NCBI GenBank assembly: GCA_012837705.1
Contig: DUQQ01000073.1
Location: 9,017 to 73,016, forward strand
Length of the DNA stretch: 64,000 nt
Source of the DNA: Hydrogenispora sp.
GTDB taxonomy: Bacteria > Bacillota > UBA4882 > UBA10575
Direction: 5' to 3'
Under the pieces are notes generated by a model, which saw only the letters and a list, made by a program, of their open reading frames with translations, did no database searches and was not told the origin of the DNA. Below, piece by piece: positions 7,633-17,411 of the stretch. The first letter of the stretch is position 1; every line of letters begins with the position of its first letter. The position numbers were made by a program, and so were the translations under genes.

Positions 7633-10086
7633 TCATACCACGATGTTGAAGAGGCGACCCGGAACGTAAATGGTCTTCCGCGGCGTTTTTCCCTCCAGCG
7701 CCGCCTGGATTCCCGCCAGGGCTAAGGCTTGTTCTTTCACCTCTTCTTCTGCGGCGTTAACTGCGATGACTAAACGCTCTTTAATCTTGCCGTTAATCTG
7801 AACGACAATCTCTACTTGTTGTTCAACAACCAGGGCTTCATCCCACTGGGGCCAAGGTTGATCGTGTACCGAATCTTCTCCGCCCAAACGGGACCAAAGC
7901 TCTTCCGCCAGATGGGGGGCGGCTGGAGCCAAGAGCAGTGTGAAGGTTTTGGCCGCTTCTTGCCAAGCTTCGGTCCCCCACAACACCGGTTTAACCTTTG
8001 AAAGTAGATTCGAAAACTCCATTAAGGAAGCAATATAGGTGTTAAAGGCAAACTCTTTCAGATCCAAAGTCGCCCGTTTGATCGTCTGGTGCAATTTCCG
8101 TTGCAAGGTCTCCGTTTTTTCCGCGGTTGGCTTAACCTCGCCTTCCACCGGGAATAACAGCAGTTCCCAGACGCGATTCAAGAAGCGGTAGCTTCCTTCG
8201 ATTCCCCTGCTGTCCCAGGGGCCGCCCATTTCCCAGCGCCAACCGAACATGAGATAAACACGGACCGTATCCGAACCGTAAGCGTTGACCAGATCATCGG
8301 GGGCAACCACATTTCCCCGGGATTTACTCATCTTTTCACTGTCTTCACCAAGGATGATCCCTTGGTTTCTCAAGGTCAGCATCGGCTCGTCAAAGTTAAC
8401 CAGTCCAAGATCGCGCATGGCTTTCGTGAAGAAACGGGTGTATATTAGGTGCATACAAGCGTGTTCCACTCCGCCGGTATAGAGGTCGACCGGAAGCCAA
8501 TAGGCCGCTTCTTCCTGGTCAAAAGGACCGGTGCCTTCATAATAAGGACTAAGATAAGCGTATTGGTACCAAGAGGAACAGATAAAGGTATCCATCGTGT
8601 CCGTTTCCCGGCGGGCGGGACCACCACAGCGGGGACAGTCGGTATGCAGAAAAGCCGGATGGTGTTTCAGGGGGGATTCCCCCGTTGGTAAGAACTCCGC
8701 ATCTTCGGGCAGTAGGACCGGAAGGTCTTTCTCCGGAACCGGGACGGTACCACATTTTTCGCAGTAGATGATAGGGATCGGTGTCCCCCAGTAACGTTGA
8801 CGGCTGATTAACCAATCCCGTAGCCGGTAGTTGACGGCTTTGTGGCCTAATCCCTTTTCCTCAAGCCAGGCAATAACCTGGTTTTTCCCTTCTGCCGCCG
8901 GTACCCCGGTGAAGGGGCCGGAGTTAACCATCTTTCCGTTCTCTACTTCGGTATAGGCCGCGGTCAAGGGTTCGGACAACCCCTCGTCGGGCGTGATCAC
9001 AATCCGAATCGGTAAGTTATACTTACGGGCAAAGGCAAAGTCCCGCTCATCATGGGCGGGAACCGCCATAATCGCCCCCGTACCGTAACCCATCATGACG
9101 TAGTCGGCCACCCAGACCGGGATTTTTTCGCCATTGACCGGGTTGACAGCATAACTTCCGGTAAAGACTCCGGTTTTTTCCTTATCAACCGCCAAGCGTT
9201 CAATCTCACTCTGACGGCTGGCCGCATACTGGTAAGCTTTTACTTGCTCTTTGTACTCCTCCGTGGTGATCTGATCAACCAAGGGGTGTTCCGGGGCCAG
9301 CACCATAAAAGTCACGCCCCAGAGCGTATCCGGACGGGTCGTAAAGACCGTCAGTTTTTCCTGGTTCGGCAGTTCAAAGGTGACCTCAGCCCCTTCACTT
9401 TTGCCGATCCAATTTTTCTGCATCGACACGACCCGCTCCGGCCAGTCGATCTGGGAAAAATCCAGTAATTCATCGGCATAATCGGTAATTTTTAGGAACC
9501 ACTGATCAAGTTCTTTTTTCACCACAGGTGTTTCACACCGTTCGCAATGGCGGTCTTCACCCCAAACTTGTTCCCGGGCTAAAGTTGTATTACAGGTTGG
9601 ACAAAAATCAACCGGAGACAGTTTTTTGTAAGCTAAACCCCGTTCGTAGAATTTCAAGAAAAGCCATTGACTCCATTTATAGTAGCCCGGTAAACAGGTG
9701 ATCACTTCCCGTTCCCAGTCAAAGATGGCTCCCATCGACTTCAGTTGTTCCCGCATCCGTTCAATATTGTCCATCGTCCATTTTTGCGGGTGCACATTCC
9801 GCTTGATCGCCGCATTCTCCGCCGGGAGGCCGAAAGCATCAAAACCGATCGGAAACAGGACATTATAACCTTGCATCCGCATAAAACGGGCCTGAGCATC
9901 GGAAGGAACCATGGCATACCAGTGGCCAATGTGCAGGTCACCGCTGGGATAAGGAAGCATGGTTAAGGCATAATATTTCGGTTTATCCTTCTTAATTACT
10001 GAACGGTAAAGTCCCGATTCTTCCCACTTTTGCCGCCAAAACGGTTCGATCTTGCGGGGCTGATAGCGGTCGTATTTTGTCGTCAT
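7633..10086 (-). CDS. leuS: Leucyl-tRNA synthetase
   Basis: HIGH-type motif PYPSGDLHIGHW, KMSKS motif EKMSKSRGN and a full-length class Ia architecture. ATG 10086 (MTTKYDRYQP) is preferred because GGAGGG lies 6 nt upstream. The longer track ORF would run into the T-box terminator. Confidence 0.95.
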   Translation of the reverse strand: MTTKYDRYQPRKIEPFWRQKWEESGLYRSVIKKDKPKYYALTMLPYPSGDLHIGHWYAMVPSDAQARFMRMQGYNVLFPIGFDAFGLPAENAAIKRNVHPQKWTMDNIERMREQLKSMGAIFDWEREVITCLPGYYKWSQWLFLKFYERGLAYKKLSPVDFCPTCNTTLAREQVWGEDRHCERCETPVVKKELDQWFLKITDYADELLDFSQIDWPERVVSMQKNWIGKSEGAEVTFELPNQEKLTVFTTRPDTLWGVTFMVLAPEHPLVDQITTEEYKEQVKAYQYAASRQSEIERLAVDKEKTGVFTGSYAVNPVNGEKIPVWVADYVMMGYGTGAIMAVPAHDERDFAFARKYNLPIRIVITPDEGLSEPLTAAYTEVENGKMVNSGPFTGVPAAEGKNQVIAWLEEKGLGHKAVNYRLRDWLISRQRYWGTPIPIIYCEKCGTVPVPEKDLPVLLPEDAEFLPTGESPLKHHPAFLHTDCPRCGGPARRETDTMDTFICSSWYQYAYLSPYYEGTGPFDQEEAAYWLPVDLYTGGVEHACMHLIYTRFFTKAMRDLGLVNFDEPMLTLRNQGIILGEDSEKMSKSRGNVVAPDDLVNAYGSDTVRVYLMFGWRWEMGGPWDSRGIEGSYRFLNRVWELLLFPVEGEVKPTAEKTETLQRKLHQTIKRATLDLKEFAFNTYIASLMEFSNLLSKVKPVLWGTEAWQEAAKTFTLLLAPAAPHLAEELWSRLGGEDSVHDQPWPQWDEALVVEQQVEIVVQINGKIKERLVIAVNAAEEEVKEQALALAGIQAALEGKTPRKTIYVPGRLFNIVV

Positions 10087-10089
10087 GAA

Positions 10090-10328
10090 AATCCCTCCAC
10101 TAAAATTTAGACCCCTGGTCAAGTTCTGACCAGGGGCGAACAACAGTCGCGGTACCACCCTGTTTCGGTACTCCTCTGGAATACCCTCTTGTCCATTAAC
10201 CCTGGAACGGGTCAGGAATTTTCATTCCTGAACTTCCGGGGTGAGTTCAGTCCGCTTCCAGGTCCGGTTTGCACCACCCACCGGCTCTCTTGACCCTTAG
10301 TCTAACCTACTACTCCCCTTCATTAGTT
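10090..10328 (-). promoter_or_regulatory. T-box leader riboswitch (tRNA-Leu, CUC specifier)
   Basis: On the minus strand: a Stem I GA/K-turn motif UGAAGGGGAGUA and AGAGA; a specifier-loop context GAACUCAC with CUC at 10245..10243; and the conserved T-box sequence GGGUGGUACCGCG (plus coordinates 10148-10160). These are followed by a 10-bp terminator stem CCCCUGGUCA/UGACCAGGGG (10111-10137) and a U-rich tail. Confidence 0.85.
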
Positions 10329-10455
10329 CTGATCTATTTTGCCGTCATCGATCAGCATTGAAAGGCCGATTCTTTCTTTGGTTTTTTGTTAATCTTGCTC
10401 GTAACTAATTTAGGTAGGAAAATATGAATTATCTGGTATACGTAAACCTTATAAA

Positions 10456-10484
10456 AGTATAAATCAGAGCGCAGTAAATGTCAA
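10456..10484 (-). promoter_or_regulatory. Candidate sigma-A promoter upstream of the leuS T-box
   Basis: The minus strand reads TTGACA-N17-TATACT. It overlaps the rsfS stop codon and would give a leader about 120 nt longer than Stem I requires. Confidence 0.45.
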
Positions 10485-10828
10485 GCGATGGTCGGGGTTA
10501 ATCTTTTTGCTCCGTACCAAAGCTCTTCCAGACGGTAAAATTCACGTTCGTCTTGGCCTAAGAGATGAATAACCAAAAAGCCATAATCCAACAGGATCCA
10601 CCGGGCACCGTGATCACCTTCCCGGCGAGCGGGAGTCAAACCCAAAGCACCAAGATCTTCAAGAACCCGATCGGCCATGGCCTTGAGATGATTAGGATTG
10701 CGGCCGGTGGTGATTAAAAAATAATCGGTCACGACCGTTAATTCCCGTAGGTCCAAAATAACGGGGTCTTCCCCTTTCTGCTCGAGCACTGCGGAATAGG
10801 CAGCGGATAAGACCTTGTCATAATCCAT
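10481..10828 (-). CDS. rsfS: Ribosome silencing factor RsfS
   Basis: Typical RsfS length and pattern (DPVILDL...DYFLITTG...NHLKA...W.LLDYG..VIH). ATG 10828 is preferred because GGAGGT lies 9 nt upstream. Confidence 0.9.
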   Translation of the reverse strand: MDYDKVLSAAYSAVLEQKGEDPVILDLRELTVVTDYFLITTGRNPNHLKAMADRVLEDLGALGLTPARREGDHGARWILLDYGFLVIHLLGQDEREFYRLEELWYGAKRLTPTIA

Positions 10829-10878
10829 ACAATTAATACCTCCGACCATAATTTCTTTGGGTATTTATCTAAAGGGCG

Positions 10879-11466
10879 TTATTCCGCACCGGAGTCATTC
10901 AGCAAAAGCTGGTTCCGGGCTTCCACCGTCAGTGGATGCAGCAAAAAGCCGGCATCCAAGATATAGCGGATCTTTTGGGTATAAATGTACTTTAAAGCAG
11001 CTGTACGGCTTCTAAAGGCTAGTTCCCGCGCAACTTGGGCGGCATAAAACTGGCGGGCCGGTTCGGCAAAGTCGGCAATGATCGTTAGTTCGCCGACAAT
11101 TCCCAGCTTTGGGGCGCCGGTCACATGATAGGCCACCGCTTCGATCACCGGTTCAGCCATGATCGCCCACTCGCGTTTTAGTAGCTCCGCACCGACCAGT
11201 CCATGGAGCAAAACGGGGGCTTTTTGGTCTACTGGTAAAACCGGTAACTGGTAAGAGCTGGCTAAGGCCAGCATTTCGGGGCCATCTTTTTCGCGGGCGA
11301 CATCATGCATCAAGGCCGCAATCGCCACCGGTTCCTCCGGGATTTGGTAATGACGGGCCAGCTCCCGGGCAAAATTCATCACTCGCAGGGAATGCTGAAA
11401 GCGGGGTGGAGAAAGCGTCTGGCTTAATTTGCGGCTGAGCGTTTCAAGGTTCATATAGACCCCCAT
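10879..11466 (-). CDS. yqeK: YqeK-type HD-domain bis(5'-nucleosyl)-tetraphosphatase
   Basis: HD motif (RFQHSLRV...MHDVAR) in the conserved position between nadD and rsfS. The start is either ATG 11466 or ATG 11454. Confidence 0.85.
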   Translation of the reverse strand: MGVYMNLETLSRKLSQTLSPPRFQHSLRVMNFARELARHYQIPEEPVAIAALMHDVAREKDGPEMLALASSYQLPVLPVDQKAPVLLHGLVGAELLKREWAIMAEPVIEAVAYHVTGAPKLGIVGELTIIADFAEPARQFYAAQVARELAFRSRTAALKYIYTQKIRYILDAGFLLHPLTVEARNQLLLNDSGAE

Positions 11467-11479
11467 TGGCTGAAGATTA

Positions 11480-11507
11480 ATTATAGTATATTAATCTTTT
11501 TCCACAA
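11480..11507 (-). promoter_or_regulatory. Candidate sigma-A promoter for yqeK-rsfS
   Basis: The minus strand reads TTGTGG-N16-TATAAT, just downstream of the RRM-gene terminators. Confidence 0.4.
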
Positions 11508-11530
11508 AGCTCCGCTTTTCCCTGCCGTTC

Positions 11531-11560
11531 AAACGAGAAAAGGCTGGTTGAAACCAGCTC
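11531..11560 (-). terminator. Second intrinsic terminator after the RRM gene
   Basis: Minus strand GCTGGTT-TCA-AACCAGC followed by CTTTTCTCGTTT. Confidence 0.6.
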
Positions 11561-11573
11561 TTTACATTTTTAA

Positions 11574-11598
11574 GCAAAAAGGGGTGCCAAGCACCCCT
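11574..11598 (-). terminator. Intrinsic terminator immediately after the RRM gene
   Basis: Minus strand GGGGTGC-TTG-GCACCCC followed by TTTTTGCTT. It starts 1 nt after the stop codon. Confidence 0.8.
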
Positions 11599-11880
11599 TC
11601 AACTTGTGGTATTCAGTGGTCGCGCTTCGTTGACTATGATCTCCCGCCCGCCTAATTCCTTGCCATTCATCGCGGCAATTACTTGTTCGGCTTGTTCGTC
11701 CGGCACCTCAACAAAGCCAAAACCTTTCGAGCGTCCGGTTGCCCGGTCTATAATTACCCTACTGGCCAAGACTTCCGTCGAATCGGAAAAAAAAGCGGCC
11801 AAATCCTCATCCGTAGTGGCCCAGGGCAAATTGCCGACATATAGGGTTTTACTCACCAACTTCACCTCGTTTCCGGCCAT
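11599..11880 (-). CDS. Single-RRM glycine-poor RNA-binding protein
   Basis: RNP2 LYVGNL and RNP1 KGFGFVEV are present. An alternative and probably better start is GTG 11856 (MSKTLYVGNLPW), with GAGGTG 6 nt upstream. Confidence 0.85.
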   Translation of the reverse strand: MAGNEVKLVSKTLYVGNLPWATTDEDLAAFFSDSTEVLASRVIIDRATGRSKGFGFVEVPDEQAEQVIAAMNGKELGGREIIVNEARPLNTTS

Positions 11881-11997
11881 GAATCACAGCATCTTTTGCA
11901 GGCCCCCAAATTATTTTGCCCGCCAGCGCAAATATTATTGAAACGAAGGTAACAAATTGGTTTTTAACCGCAGCCACAAAAGGTGGTAAGGATGGCA

Positions 11998-12612
11998 CTA
12001 ATTATTTCCGGTGTAGAGGTTGTTGGCCAAAATATACTTTAATACCTGCGGTTCCAGCCAATACCGGACGGACTTACCAAGTCGCAGCCGTTCCCGGATG
12101 GCGCTGGAAGAGATCGCAATCTCTGGATTGTGAAAAAAGACAATCCCTTTACTCTGGGCGGACGGTCGGCGGTATGCCTCCAGCTCCGCAGGAACCTGGA
12201 GCGGATAACCGGGTCGTACACCGACAGCTAACGTCGCTAACGAAAAGAGTTGGGTGAAATGGCGCCAGCCAGTTAATGTATTCAAGGAATCTTGCCCCAT
12301 CAACAGAAACAGCTCGTAGTCGGGATAGGCCTGGTGAAAGAAGCGTAGGGTATCAACGGTATAGGAAGGTGGTTTGCGTTTTAGCTCCACTTCCGAAAAG
12401 GTAAAACTCGGGTTTTCCTTGATGGCCAGTTTAATCAGTTCTAAACGGTCGGTATCGCTGATGTACGGACGATGGTTTTTCATGGGGGATTGGGCCGCTG
12501 GCACAAAGAACACTTTGTCTAAAGCCAGTTCCTCCCGGGCCGCTTCCGCCAGGAGGAGATGGCCAAGATGGATCGGGTCGAAACTTCCCCCGTAAATGCC
12601 AAGGGCCTTCAT
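11998..12612 (-). CDS. nadD: Nicotinate-nucleotide adenylyltransferase
   Basis: GGSFDPIHLGH nucleotidyltransferase motif, 204 aa, ATGA overlap with the proA stop. Confidence 0.9.
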   Translation of the reverse strand: MKALGIYGGSFDPIHLGHLLLAEAAREELALDKVFFVPAAQSPMKNHRPYISDTDRLELIKLAIKENPSFTFSEVELKRKPPSYTVDTLRFFHQAYPDYELFLLMGQDSLNTLTGWRHFTQLFSLATLAVGVRPGYPLQVPAELEAYRRPSAQSKGIVFFHNPEIAISSSAIRERLRLGKSVRYWLEPQVLKYILANNLYTGNN

Positions 12613-13859
12613 CTTCGAATCTGTCCGTCCCCATATATAATGTATTTTGTCGTCGTCAAGGCACTAAGCCCCATTGGTCCGCGGGCATGCAGCTTTTGGG
12701 TGGAAATCCCTAATTCGGCGCCTAAACCGAACTCATAACCGTCGGTAAAACGGGTAGAAGCATTGACATAGACGGCGGCAGCATCCACGACTTGCAGAAA
12801 CTGGCGCGCGGTTGCGTAGTCAGAGGTGATAATACTCTCCGAGTGGCCGCTTCCGTATTGGGCGATGTGGTCAATGGCCGCCGCAAAGTCGGGAACTACT
12901 TTTACGGCTAGGATCAAATCCAGGTACTCGGTGGCCCAATCCTCCTCCGTCGCCTTCGTCGCCCAGGGTAAATAGGAAAGGGTTTGGGGACAACCCCGAA
13001 TCTCGGTGCCCATCCGGCGGAGTTCCTCACCACACCGGGGGAGAAAATCGGCGGCGATCCCCTGGTGGACCAGGAGGGTCTCCAGGGCATTACAGACTGA
13101 CGGCCGTTGTGTTTTGGCGTTAACCACAATCTTTAGGGCCTGGTCCAGGTTGGCGCTGGCATCCACATAAGTATGGCAGTTCCCAACCCCGGTCTCAATA
13201 ACGGGAACAAGGGCATTATTGAGGACGGTTTTGATCAGACCAGCCCCGCCCCGCGGTATAAGCACATCCACATATTCGTGCATTCTCATCAAAGCCACCG
13301 CCGCTTCACGCTCTGTAGAAGCAAGCAATTGGACCGCATCCTCCGGAATCGCCGTATCCCGCAATGCTTCGCGGATGACCTCAACCAGAACTTGGTTGGT
13401 CTGGAGCGCTTCCGATCCGCCGCGGAGAATCACCGCATTTCCGGTTTTTAAGCATAAAGCGGTAGCATCCACGGTGACGTTGGGCCGGGCTTCGTAAATA
13501 ATGGCGACCACCCCTAAAGGAACCCGGATAAGGCCGATCTCTAACCCATTGGGACGGCGCCACATCTTTTCCACGCTGCCCACCGGATCCTCCAGACGGA
13601 CAATCTCCCGCAACCCTTCAACCATAGCGGCAATCCGCTCCGGGTTGAGCAACAAACGCTCAGTCATACTATCGCTCAGGCCATTTGCTTTCGCCTTCGT
13701 CACTTCCCCGCGGTTAGCGGCCAGGATCCGGTCTTGGTTGGCCAGCAACCCGGCGGCAATTTTAAGCAAGGCTTCATTTTTGGTGGTACTATCCAGGTTA
13801 GCCATGGTCGCCGCGGCTTTCTTGGCTTTCTGCCCCAAAACAAATACATCGATTGACAA
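12609..13859 (-). CDS. proA: Glutamate-5-semialdehyde dehydrogenase
   Basis: 416 aa of the aldehyde dehydrogenase fold, with the catalytic Cys context SVCNALETLLVH. TTG start with GAGGGGGG 6 nt upstream. Confidence 0.95.
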   Translation of the reverse strand: MSIDVFVLGQKAKKAAATMANLDSTTKNEALLKIAAGLLANQDRILAANRGEVTKAKANGLSDSMTERLLLNPERIAAMVEGLREIVRLEDPVGSVEKMWRRPNGLEIGLIRVPLGVVAIIYEARPNVTVDATALCLKTGNAVILRGGSEALQTNQVLVEVIREALRDTAIPEDAVQLLASTEREAAVALMRMHEYVDVLIPRGGAGLIKTVLNNALVPVIETGVGNCHTYVDASANLDQALKIVVNAKTQRPSVCNALETLLVHQGIAADFLPRCGEELRRMGTEIRGCPQTLSYLPWATKATEEDWATEYLDLILAVKVVPDFAAAIDHIAQYGSGHSESIITSDYATARQFLQVVDAAAVYVNASTRFTDGYEFGLGAELGISTQKLHARGPMGLSALTTTKYIIYGDGQIRR

Positions 13860-13871
13860 CGCATTCCCCCC

Positions 13872-15029
13872 TCATTCAAGACACACTAGATTATTCCGGT
13901 GGATCACTTCTTCAAAGGTTTTGTAACCCAGCACCTTAGGTAGATGGGCAGTATTTGTCCCTTTAATCTTTTCAATCTCTTCGGTGCTAAAATTACTTAA
14001 GCCCCGGGCAATCTCCTGTTCTTGCGGATCTAAAACCCGGATCAGATCGCCAACTTCAAACTTCCCTTTGACACCAACAACACCGGAAGGCAGTAAGCTT
14101 TTCTTCCGTTCGAGTAGCGCCGTAACAGCTCCTTCGTCGATGATCACGGCTCCTTGGGGTTGTCCGGCGAAGGCGATCCACCTTTCCCGTTGGACTAAAG
14201 TATCATCATTCGGTAAAAACAGGGTACCGACATCCTCCCCAGCCACAATCCGGCTTAAAATGCCATCTTCTTCCGCGGAGGCGAGCACCATCGAGATCCC
14301 AGAGCGGGTAGCAATCCGGGCCGCTTCCAGTTTGGTGATCATGCCGCCGGTTCCGCGTACCGTACCGGCATCCCCGGCGGTCGCCCAGATCGCCGGAGAG
14401 ATCTCTTTGACGACAGGGATTAAAGTCGCCTCTTTATCTTTCCGTGGATCACCGGTGTATAAACCACTAATGTCGGAAAGGAGAATCAGAAGGTCCGCCC
14501 CGATTAAACCCGCAACCAGAGCGGCCAAGGTATCATTATCGCCGAACCGCAACTGCAATTCTTCCGTGGCGACGGTATCATTCTCATTAATAATCGGCAA
14601 AGCCTGATACTCGTTGAGCAACATCATTAGGGTGTTCCGGGCATTTAAATAACGGCGGCGTTCTCCCATATCTTCCCTGGTTAGAAGGATCTGCGCGGTA
14701 ACAATCCCGTACTCCAGAAAAAATTTGTTGTAAACCTGCATCAGAAAACCTTGTCCGACGGCGGCCACCGCTTGTCGTTGCGGAATTGTCCGCGGTTTGC
14801 TGGTTAGTCCTAGTTCGCCCACGCCGGCCCCCACCGCACCGGAAGAAACCAGTACCACTTTTTTCCCGGAATTATGTAGATCTGCAATCTGGCGGACAAT
14901 ACGTTCCATATTTTTGAGGTTAAGACGACCCGTAGCATAAGTTAAACTACTGGTGCCAACTTTAACCACGATCGTTTGGGCCTCTTTCAACCCACTTCGA
15001 TTAACTGCCAAGGCAAGGAAAACCCCCAT
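13872..15029 (-). CDS. proB: Glutamate 5-kinase with C-terminal PUA domain
   Basis: VVKVGTSSLT amino-acid-kinase N-terminus and a PUA-like C-terminus (GAVIIDEGAV...GDLIRV). The exact start is uncertain because ATG 15029 has a weak SD. Confidence 0.93.
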   Translation of the reverse strand: MGVFLALAVNRSGLKEAQTIVVKVGTSSLTYATGRLNLKNMERIVRQIADLHNSGKKVVLVSSGAVGAGVGELGLTSKPRTIPQRQAVAAVGQGFLMQVYNKFFLEYGIVTAQILLTREDMGERRRYLNARNTLMMLLNEYQALPIINENDTVATEELQLRFGDNDTLAALVAGLIGADLLILLSDISGLYTGDPRKDKEATLIPVVKEISPAIWATAGDAGTVRGTGGMITKLEAARIATRSGISMVLASAEEDGILSRIVAGEDVGTLFLPNDDTLVQRERWIAFAGQPQGAVIIDEGAVTALLERKKSLLPSGVVGVKGKFEVGDLIRVLDPQEQEIARGLSNFSTEEIEKIKGTNTAHLPKVLGYKTFEEVIHRNNLVCLE

Positions 15030-15091
15030 TTCCAGTTTATAATAGATCTTTTTTAATTATACTACAATTTCCCGGTTTTCCCCACATTAAA

Positions 15092-15121
15092 ATAAAAAAG
15101 ACACTGTCGTAACAGTGTCTG
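15092..15121 (-). terminator. Intrinsic terminator after the small Cys-rich ORF
   Basis: Minus strand GACACTGT-TACG-ACAGTGTC followed by TTTTTTATTTT. Confidence 0.8.
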
Positions 15122-15132
15122 ATTACAAATAA

Positions 15133-15324
15133 TTAACTAATCTTCAGATCTTCCCGCTCTTTTCGTTGTCGACGGCGGTGTGATTCGTAGCTTGGATCCC
15201 CTTTTTTCCACCGGGTTTCGCGCGCACGCACGATTGTTTTTTCGCGGATGACAAATTCGTTTTGCGCTGGACAGAAATAAAGGTCAGTGTCTTCTTTACA
15301 GTTCCCGCAACTCAAGCAGGACAT
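15133..15324 (-). CDS. Small (63 aa) Cys-rich protein with a strongly basic tail, function unknown
   Basis: MSCLSCGNCKEDTDLYFCP gives CxxCxxC...CP, followed by HRRRQRKERED. GGGAGG lies 9 nt upstream of the ATG. The ORF starts 31 nt after the obg stop and has its own terminator. Confidence 0.5.
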   Translation of the reverse strand: MSCLSCGNCKEDTDLYFCPAQNEFVIREKTIVRARETRWKKGDPSYESHRRRQRKEREDLKIS

Positions 15325-15355
15325 ACCCTACAACCTCCCAAAATGCAAAAATAAA

Positions 15356-16627
<1,272 letters not shown>

Positions 16628-16750
16628 TCATAATCCCCTTTAGCTTAAGACCGTGTTTAACACATATTATTCTACCGCAATTATTGATAATCCTTTCATC
16701 CCATGAAGATGGGCCAAGAAATTCTTAATTTCTTTTATGGCAATCAACAG

Positions 16751-16777
16751 AAAAAAACCGCCGTTGGGCGGTTTTTT
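16751..16777. terminator. Intrinsic terminator after rpmA (symmetric A/T flanks)
   Basis: AAAAAAACCGCC-GTTG-GGCGGTTTTTT, ending 3 nt before the rpmA stop coordinate. Confidence 0.85.
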
Positions 16778-16780
16778 ACG

Positions 16781-17071
16781 TTAGGCGGTAATGACCGGCT
16801 CGGAATAGACACTAACCTTTTTATCCCTTTTTCCCTTCCGTTCAAAAGCAACAAATCCATCTATTAAAGCAAAAAGGGTATCATCCTTACCGATTCCCAC
16901 GTTGTTACCAGGATGGAATTTAGTTCCCCGTTGACGGACGAGGATATTACCGGCCTGGACCTGTTCACCGGCAAACTTTTTCACCCCTAGGCGTTGCGCC
17001 CGACTATCCCGGCCGTTTCTGGAGCTACCCACTCCTTTTTTCTGCGCGAAAAACTGAAGATTAAAGCTCAT
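16781..17071 (-). CDS. rpmA: 50S ribosomal protein L27 with cleavable N-terminal extension
   Basis: [23 protein letters not shown]... starts at ATG 17071, with AAGGAGGTG 7 nt upstream. The longer track ORF is an upstream in-frame read-through. Confidence 0.95.
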   Translation of the reverse strand: MSFNLQFFAQKKGVGSSRNGRDSRAQRLGVKKFAGEQVQAGNILVRQRGTKFHPGNNVGIGKDDTLFALIDGFVAFERKGKRDKKVSVYSEPVITA

Positions 17072-17411
17072 CTTTCTGCACCTCCTTAAGGGATACTTGC
17101 ACGTATTTTCGGTATTCTTGAGCAATCTGTTGTAAACCAAGATACATCATGTTTAAAATCAGATCGGCCTGCTCTCGTTTCCTTTCATCGACTATGTTTG
17201 GGATCCGGCATTTAAACAACCCCTGCTTTTGCTGTTGCTCAATTTCCGGTTCCAACCCAACCAGTTCCTGTAGGCCGAGGACAGCGGTCTGCACCAAGGT
17301 TGAAACACCGGCGCAAACTATATCCTGACCCGCCGGGGCATAACCGGTATGCCCTTTTGCTTCAAAGCCGATGAAGCGCTCACCCGCGCGGATAAACCGA
17401 ACTGAAGTCAT
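17061..17411 (-). CDS. prp: Ribosomal-processing cysteine protease Prp
   Basis: 116 aa. [18 protein letters not shown] carries the catalytic His/Cys context of the YsxB/Prp family. It sits between rplU and rpmA as in other Firmicutes. Confidence 0.85.
   Translation of the reverse strand: MTSVRFIRAGERFIGFEAKGHTGYAPAGQDIVCAGVSTLVQTAVLGLQELVGLEPEIEQQQKQGLFKCRIPNIVDERKREQADLILNMMYLGLQQIAQEYRKYVQVSLKEVQKDEL

Noticed and set aside
15030-15091. I looked for a T-box or other attenuator upstream of proBA, and likewise upstream of argS, since amino-acid genes in Firmicutes are often T-box controlled.
   Set aside because: The proB leader is only about 50 nt and lacks Stem I, specifier and T-box sequences. 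The argS leader (about 85 nt) also lacks the GGUGGUACCGCG-type motif.
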